Origin: Phyllobates terribilis
Lineage: Eukaryota
Assembly: GCF_046119375.1 (NCBI RefSeq)
Contig: NW_027362773.1
Span: forward strand, 117,304,001-117,368,000
Reading direction: 5' to 3'
Length of the DNA stretch: 64,000 bases
In this document: positions 49,243-64,000 of the stretch, piece by piece
Layout: each line of letters begins with the position of its first letter
Position numbering within the stretch: position 1 is the first letter of the stretch
Translations under genes and position numbers: made by a program
The notes under the pieces: model-generated
Databases searched by the model: none
What the model saw: only the letters and a program-made list of their open reading frames with translations
Told to the model about the DNA's origin: nothing

Positions 49243-51286
49243 GTCCTATATATCTATGAAAAATCGGAAAGCAGTTGGATGGAGAAGCTGGAGAAAAATC
49301 ACCTTTTTTAGCTTTGATCACACACTTGTGTGAATCACTAATGTCCTTTCATACACCCGCTTCCTCTTGTAGGTTTTTTAACACTTATATGGCCTTGCAG
49401 AAGTCAGCAATGAGGACTGTAAGCGGCTCAACACAACAGATCGTAAATGTGAACGTGACAATGCTCGTGTAAATTTACCTATTTATATTACGGCATCTAT
49501 TGCTCTGGGCTAAATGAAAGATCTGATGCATACAGCCATATATATGGTTGGAGTTTGGTTTGCATATATTTTGCCATAAATACCAATTCATCTGTGAAAT
49601 GGCAGGATACACTGTCTACCAACCATTTTATTCTTAACAGGATTTGTCAGTCTGTGGCAGATTACTCATGACTTCAGTTAAGGTAAAGTTATCACCGAGT
49701 TGAACTGAGGGCAGAGGAGTAAATCGGCTTGGTAAGACTTAATGGGATTCTCGGAGTTAGATTTTATATGCCTGTGGAGGGGCGATATTGGCCACAGCAG
49801 GAAGAAACAGGCAATTTAATGTAGAAACCCTAATAGTCCTCTGCAACATTGCTGGGAAAATTAACAATGCGCGCTTCTCTTTGCAATAACCAATAAAAAG
49901 ACGGTACTGCAAGTGTATGGGAGTCCAAACCCTCGCTGACATAATGGCATTATAGCTTTACCATTAGGAAAATGTGGCTGCATCTCATCCACATCTGGTT
50001 TATGATCATCACAGCAGAGGGATCTAGCTGGGACTTGCAAAACAAAAAAAAAAAGTATAAAGGGAAGACGAGCCTTGTACTTTATCCATGATTTGGACCA
50101 ATTCCTGGTTTTGGCTTACAATAGCTGAGGCCAAACACACCTGTAGCTGCACTTGCATGACCGATTCTAATCTGTCTCCATATACTTGTAGTCAGTATGG
50201 ACATCCCGGGAGAGGACAGCTTTCTGCTGCTGGGCTCTGTTTGCAATGTTATAGCAAGGAAAGATTAGAGGAATAGTCAGCTATCTCATAAACAAAATGA
50301 AAATAAGGGACAGACGTGCAATTGGTGCAGCTGCAAAGGGGCCCGAGAGGTGAGGGGGCCACTACTACCTCCCATATACTGTTCTTGTACAGGGGCCTCT
50401 TCTGTCTGTGTCCGCTCCTGCTGAAAATCCAGTCTTTCTCTAGGAGATATGTTGCATGAATATTAGGTTTTTTTTGCAGCTAACCTGATCCCTGCTAATT
50501 TGCTGTAAATCGGAGCCAATATTCTGCCCAATTTCCATGTGAAGAGACCAGAGCAGCTAATGTGACTGTTATATAGGACCTGATGCAGTAACACATGTTG
50601 CATGCTGGATGGATTAAAGAAGAGGTTTCCGAATCTTGTGTCACAACGAGATTGCCAATAACTATGATGCATTGGTTTGAGTACAACACAATGTAATGTT
50701 CTAATGTGTCAAAGGGATATGTCCAGGAACATTCAATGGTGGTCTGTTCTTAGATGGGGCCTAACGAGACATTCAGCCCTATCTCTATTTTTTCCTTTCA
50801 TTTGAAGACGATTGACAGCAGATCTTGGTAGGAGCACATGGATGGTTAGGGCTTTACGGTGACATTTGTCTGCCCCTGCCTGGCGGTAAAATTGTGCAGG
50901 ACTTTAATGTTGGAAAAAGTTGCATGCATTTCTGCAGAGTTGATAATTTTGATATCTGTGCAAGACAAGGCTTTTGCCCTAACAGGGAAACTCAGACGTT
51001 ATGATAATGCCCTGGCAACTCTTAAGCGAGTATTAATATGTTGGGCATCCATGCGGCTGTAAGGCCCTTCATCAGTCATACAAAAGTTTTAAAGCTACAA
51101 ATTGATACTATCAGTATCAATGATTAAAGGGGTTGTTTGGGCATAAAATATTATTAGATTTAATGTGAATAAATTTGCATGACCCGGTCCATTGGCCACG
51201 ACAGCAATCTGTGACTGCTGTATGACAACCTTGAGCACCACCTCTTTCCTGACTGCATTGGTAGCTCTTCTTTTTATTATTATAAA

Positions 51287-51483
51287 ATACATCCATGGTT
51301 AGACGGACTGAGTAGCACGGCACAATGGTGTGGATGAACCTACGTGTTTCAAACAAACTTGTTAATCATGCTATAAGTATCACAAGACCTAGATATCATG
51401 ATTAAGAACAAGCTTGTTTGAAATCCGTAGGTTCATTCACACCATTGTGCCGTACTACTCAGTTCCTCTAATCCTGGATGTAT
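51287..51483. mobile_element. Palindromic MITE-like hairpin
   Basis: ~85-bp imperfect inverted arms. Confidence 0.7.
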
Positions 51484-52066
51484 GGTACACTTGTCGAATA
51501 AGGAAGGATTTTACATTTAGAAGTGCGGAATCGTGTGGATCTCAAGGAACTAATAAGCAGGGCTGTGGAGTCAGTAAGCCAAACTTCCAAATCCTCAATT
51601 TCCATGCCTCCGACTCCACGACTCCCTCATACATGGCTCATGTTTAAGTGATAAATTTACTGTAGCACAGATTCATCAACTAAAAGTCTAGACCCTTAGA
51701 TCAGGAATAGGACAGACATTTATAGGACATTTCATAACTTTCCCAAATTCTTATGAAAAAATATTCCCCACAAACTGCATTGAACTACTGTACCCAATGT
51801 ATTATATATTTTAGGAGTCTGAATGGGTCCATTTTATACCGACTCCACCAAAATGGGCTCTGACTCAGACTCCACAGCCCTGCTAATAAGTAGCATTACC
51901 AAGCCTGACGGCCACCAGCTAACGCTCTACCAGTGCTGCCTGGTGGCCGGAAGACTCCTTGCACATCAACTATGGAGTAGTGAGATATACTTCTTTTTTT
52001 CCTTCTTTTGATTGCCTGGCCTGGCTTGATGTCTCCCCAAGTTGCCTAATCAAAAGAGGAGCCATT

Positions 52067-52462
52067 GCTGCAGTCAGGGAAGGGGCGGTTCTCGTGGCTT
52101 TAGTCCTACGACCATAAATCAGCATGGATGCAGTCAGAGAATCGGTGGTTCTCATGGCTCCAGTCCTACGACCATGGATGCAGTCAGGGAACCAGCAGTT
52201 CTCATGGCTCCAGTCCTACGACCGCAAATTAGCATGGATGCAGTCAGGGAAGGGGTGGTTCTCATGGCTCCAGCCCTAAGATTGCAAATGAGCATGGATG
52301 CAGTCCGGGAAGGGGCAGTTCTCATGGCTCCAGTCCTAAGATTACAAATGAGCATGGATGCAGTCAGAAAATCGGCAGTTATTGTGGCTCCAGTCCTTCG
52401 ACCACAAATGAGCATGGATGCAGTCAGGGAAGGGGCGGTTCATGTAGCTCCAGTCCTACGCG
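52067..52462 (+). repeat. 60-bp minisatellite, ~7 copies (one shortened by 10 nt)
   Basis: GCATGGATGCAGTCAGGGAAGGGGCGGTTCTCATGGCTCCAGTCCTACGACC...; periodic translation MDAVRE..VLMAPVLR. Confidence 0.9.
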
Positions 52463-53830
52463 CACAGATTACCAGGTCATGGGAATCTTTTCCCATCAAC
52501 TGTAAATATATAATATTGGGGTTGAGGGACAACATTTTCCTGCCCACTCCCGTTTTATTAGCTCTGGAGGCCGTGGGATTTATATATTGGACGGAGTGGA
52601 ATGGCACAGCTCTGCACAATGTGTAGCAGCTGCGGCCAAGAACTGCAGATCGGTGCGGTCAGCGCTTACATCCAACCACTACACTACCAAAGTAAGTAAC
52701 GTGATTGGTACGAGTGCTCTGTGTCGGACCACCACCGATTTGATATTGATGATCATCAATATTACAGTATCCATCTGGACAACCCCTTTTAATATAATGG
52801 GGGGGGGGGGGGGCAGAGAAATATCAAGCATGCGGTATTTCTTCAATTAGATAAAATCATGTTTCTTGACCGCTCTGCAACCTGCCCTTATACTTATAGA
52901 GTAGTAATATTCTTTACCCTAATGACCATTGGATCTTGTAGATTAGGAAAACCAGTAATATACATGTGACACAAACCATAATCCACGCCTTTACATGTGA
53001 TCAGCGTAGACATAACCTTACAGAAATCCACCATCCCGACTCGTTTTCTCCTTACATTAGATATAGATTCAGCAAGTAACGCACCAGAACGTCGCCAAAT
53101 GTGTAGCATCTTCATATTAAGTATTACACATGAGCAAACCTGGGTTTGCAAAATAAAAGTGCACCTTTAAATGACAACGGCCCCCTTCCCTTCCCCCTGG
53201 ACAGCACCTGCAATTATCCATAGTGTTTTAAAACTAAATTATTGAACAAAATGTTTTCTCCTAATAAAAGGGAAAAAAAAAACAGTGGCTTCCCAAAAAT
53301 GGACTGCAAATCCCACATTTTCAGGGGAAATCGTCACTTGGGCAGATTCTTAAAAAACAAATTGACCGCTGTAAAGTTCTACATCAAGATGAACAGAAAG
53401 AGAAAGTCATCATCCAGTAACGGAGTGATGTGCCCTATTGCTTACTTATGGGAGCAAGGTTATGGCTCTAGAGTATGTCTGAAGGATGGAAGGACTCCCA
53501 GCGATTCTTCCTATGGCTTATCCTACCATAGGATATCAGAACTTTGCTAAATTAAATAAAAATAACTAAAAAGGCTTTGATGCCACATAGCCGATACATA
53601 TATCTTCTTGCTATGTTTGCCAGTGTCCATGTATATCCACTTCATATTGCATACATGCCTGCACCGATTCTGCAGTATCTTCCTTAACAGTCTATAATGC
53701 ATTACAGGAAGAATGTGTGCATGGAAAATAAACATTGCTTGGTTTGCTTGTCCTATACATTCATTATATGAAGTCCCAGCTTGCATCCTCTGGGTCTTTA
53801 CAAGGAAAGTATATGGGGATTTCATCCATC

Positions 53831-60200
<6,370 letters not shown>

Positions 60201-63200
60201 TATATAGAAGTGATCTATGAAAAGAAAGGAATATTTGTTAATATCCTGAAATAAAATGCCCTATGTAAATTCTGTCCACTCTAAAATAATAGTTTTGCTT
60301 GTACACATATATGGGGAACACGAGCTTGCAAAAATTTGCCAGTAGCATTATGACTAATTTTTGGTTTATGGATGATGGAAGAATTCACATTGGCCTGTGC
60401 CCACATAGCAGCTTAATATAGTACTAAGGTTTACACTTAATAGGTAGCAGGTGAACCCAAGAACCTTTTTTTGTCCCGGAATTGAAAAATTATGCCTGCC
60501 GTGTTAAAAAAAACAGTGCAACGCCTGTCCGCAAGTTGTGTGGTGTAGAGGGCTTGGCACTATTGCAAAACATGTGGATGAGAGTAAATAGCCTAACAGC
60601 CTACTAATTGCAATGTAAGGCCATATTCACACATGTATCCCTATGCATTTCCTTGAATAATCTGCATGTATTTACACAGGATTCTCCAGTAACAAAACAA
60701 TGGGTGAAATTTATAGCAAAATCCCCCCCAAAAAATCCAAGACAGTGCATACAGTAGATTTACATTTCTGCAGATTGTTGAAGATTTTCGGGGTAGATTT
60801 CTTCGTTGAATTTAGTATTTAGTGCAGATTTTTCCGCAGCAAAATTAGCGAGTTTTTTTTCATGCTGAATTTGTTGAAGATTAGATGCATTTTTTTCACC
60901 CTTTCCATTACAAAGGATGAAATCCGCAATGATTCAGAACTAAGAATTCCCACGCTGTATATTTTAAAATCTACAACGTAGTACAATGTCAATGCAGAAA
61001 TTTCTGCAATGTGTAAATGACATTTGTTGCGATCTGATATACTTCGCTCATCCTGTATTACGCTGCAAGCAAATCTGCACCAAATACACAAAGTGTGATC
61101 CTACCCTTAGTGCAAAACCTGTACCAAAAATCTACAACAACCTGCAAAATAACATGTTGCAGAAATGTAAATCTACAGCAAAGGCAAAAGCAGCAGAAAA
61201 TGACTTATTTCCCCTGCGCAAGAAAGATGAACAGTCGTCTGTTTTTCTTGGAACTATTAACAGATCGTAGGGTCTCTGGAGCAGAACTCCCCTTGATCTT
61301 TGCCACTCATCAGGGGGTCATGGCGCAGACACGTTCATTTAAAGAGAACCCGTCACCAAGTCAAAAGTGTCCAGTTTTTGCTCTGATTTTATTCCTGCTG
61401 TTCCCGAGTATTCTGTATTTTTCTTTTTTAAAAATCTATCATATGGTCCCAGAGATATGGCCCTTTATATTTAGTGCACCCAATATGATAATTTTCATGG
61501 TCTTTTCTGATAAGGTGTGACTCCCAGGATCCTCAGGGGTGTGTCTTTAGGCTGCTCAGCACTATTACCCTGAGTCACGCCCCTTTGGTAAAGACCATAA
61601 AAATTAGCATACTAGGATAAAAGGCCTATATCACTGGAACTGTATAGCAGGGTTTAAAAGAAAGAAAAATTGAATGCTCAGATGAGCAGCAGGAATAAAA
61701 TAAGAGCAAAAAAATGCACATTTCTGAGCTGGCGAAAGGTCTTCTTTAGGACAGTGTCTTGCTGTTAATGAAATAATAAATGCAGAAAATATCACTCTGT
61801 GATAAATTAGTTTATATGGGCAGATTTCTGTCCATAATAAAGCGCTGATTAAAGATCTAATCGGCAATGCAAACTGTATGGTAACCAAATAATCATTAAG
61901 TGCCCAAAAAGTTAGACAGGAGATGTGCAGCTGACAATGATGAATTTTAGGTCCCCATACACTATTGAATCAGCTGCTGAATGCAAATTTTGCTCATTCA
62001 CCAGCTGCACACTTTTAATGAACTAATAATTGCAAGTAAGCGTTTTTATGGACAGGGGTCTGAAGTCCATGCAGATTACATGTGTCCCAAGGTCTCCTGG
62101 TCAGGCAACCCTTACCTCGTGCACATGACCAACCACCTGCTGAGGATAGGTAACTCTTGTGTTGGATTTTGGAAACAGAAGCAAAGACTGAAAATAATTC
62201 AACTTTAAAGGGTTGCTCCAACTATTTTTATATTGATAACTTATCGTAAGGATAGGTCGAATGAATAAGAGCGGATTTGCAGTACCCGACAGCAGCAGCT
62301 ACAGTTGTCGGGAGTTTTGCACTTCAGCTCCGCCACAGCTAACATCCAGCACAGAGAACAGCAATCGGTGACAGTGACGGGAGACGGACCCTCACCGATC
62401 CGATATTAATGACCTGGACAAAATAGTGGAGCAACCCTTTCAGGATCATCTTTTTTTCCTCTTAAATCAGTCGAAACGACTTTTTTCTAACTTTTATAAA
62501 GTATATAGCAAGTAACCCAATATCTTTGGATACCTGTACACACGGAAACAAGCCACAGGTAAAGGTACAATAGACAGAATGTACTGTAAAAGTAAACTTG
62601 TGACTATGGAAACTCAGAAAAAAAAGTCAGATTCAGGTAGCAGCCGGTTGTGGAGGAATGTCAGGACTCCTATTGTACATTGTTTGGGGCAGGCAGAACA
62701 GCCACTAACTATATACTGCAGGAGCAAATCACTAAGACGACTGTAGACAAAGCACCAGGATCAATCAAGGAATAAAAAGAAAATATCCTAAGATTATATC
62801 ATACAAGTTTCGTCTTCGAGGAGAAAAAAAAAAATCAGGGGAGATCGTGACCTTTGCACTGGTAAAGCCTACTACACCAGTGTTTAGTTCGACTGGTTTA
62901 GCAATAACCTCAGGGTGTAAAGGACAGAAACAGTAGCACAGTTGTAGCAACACAACTATGTTGATGCTTTACACAGGAGATAAATCGAGCAAGAACTGTA
63001 AATTGCCGGGATTTGTTTTTAGGAAACAAGTGGTAAAATGTTGGAGTGGAGAACAACAAGGACTGGACGAGACATAAGTGTCAGGGAAATCCTGGCATTG
63101 CTATATAGTAGGGTTACAATATTACAAAATTTGTAAATATGTAAGAAAAGCAACAAATATTTGTTTACAGAAAGAAACTAAAAAAGCAATGGAACTGGGA

Positions 63201-64000
63201 ACACAGGAAGAATCGAAATTAGGAAACTGGTCAGTTTAACCTTTGACCTGTACCCCCTCCCCACTTTTACAATATATCGGCTCACTGAGCATAGTTCCTG
63301 AGTACATAAACTTTACGATGTATTTAGCCTCAATGCGTGCACTTTATTATATACTAATAATGAACAAAAAGAACATAGCCTGGTGGGAACTCACAAGAAG
63401 ATACACATGAAGGCAACACTACTACTCCCGCTGTTTTGGGTCACACACCCTATGTCGACAGGTGGTCGGCTGGGCTTGGCTGACAGTCGTTATAAGAGAT
63501 GTAACATCTGTAGATAGAAAATCACAAAGAGATATATTATATATACACATATATACTTTATTATTATGCTTAGTGCCGACTTATTCTGCAACGCTTTACA
63601 GATATTGTCACTCACTTTAAGAAAGGTCTGCTCAAATTCTGGTCGCGACCATAGTAAAGTTAGTCCTTGAGTTGTCCTTTTTTTTCCTTCTATTAAGCAA
63701 TTTCTTAGTTACAGCTCATTTTGGTAAAGTTAATTCATACAAATGTGTCTGCCGTTACTACTCTTTCAAGGCTTGGCCACCCAGCTTTCTTAGACATCTG
63801 CATGGCACTTCCTACATAAGTAGGAAGGTTCCCATATAGCTAAATCACTAATGTGAGAGCTGTAATAGTAGTAGTCACCCAACTTTCCCCAAGTACGGAA
63901 ATAAATAGTTAATAGGAAAATAGGTTTAACAACTTGACTAAGGTGGACAAAGACTTAGAATTACCATGATTTGAGATTTTAGAGGTTAATGCATAAAAGC

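Overview
Vertebrate genomic DNA, inferred to be anuran (frog) from gene synteny and the repeat complement. It carries the conserved PRDX5-TRMT112-ESRRA cluster. PRDX5 is on the minus strand (6 coding exons, 189 aa, mitochondrial leader, C-terminal SQL). TRMT112 is on the plus strand (4 exons, 123 aa), head-to-head with PRDX5 across a 246-bp NRF1/GABP-type CpG promoter. ESRRA is on the minus strand (6 coding exons, 409 aa); its non-coding first exon was not located. Introns and flanks are packed with transposons: a near full-length but inactivated DIRS1-type tyrosine-recombinase retrotransposon with ITRs and a circle-junction ICR, several decayed Tc1 elements, an RTE LINE 3' end, LTR elements and solo LTRs, T2/Kolobok, piggyBac-like and Harbinger-like MITEs, and minisatellites. 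There is one N-gap. The most unusual signals are: (1) a ~70-bp tandem array whose minus strand reads as repeated minimal hammerhead ribozymes with an A3-U8 swap of the C3-G8 core pair; (2) a canonical hammerhead inside a Penelope-like element with inverted ends; (3) Ala in ERRalpha at the position of the pocket-filling human Phe328; (4) an inverted MITE pair around the bidirectional promoter; and (5) an out-of-frame uATG over both PRDX5 starts. All coordinates, counts and alignments were read by eye; no searches were run.
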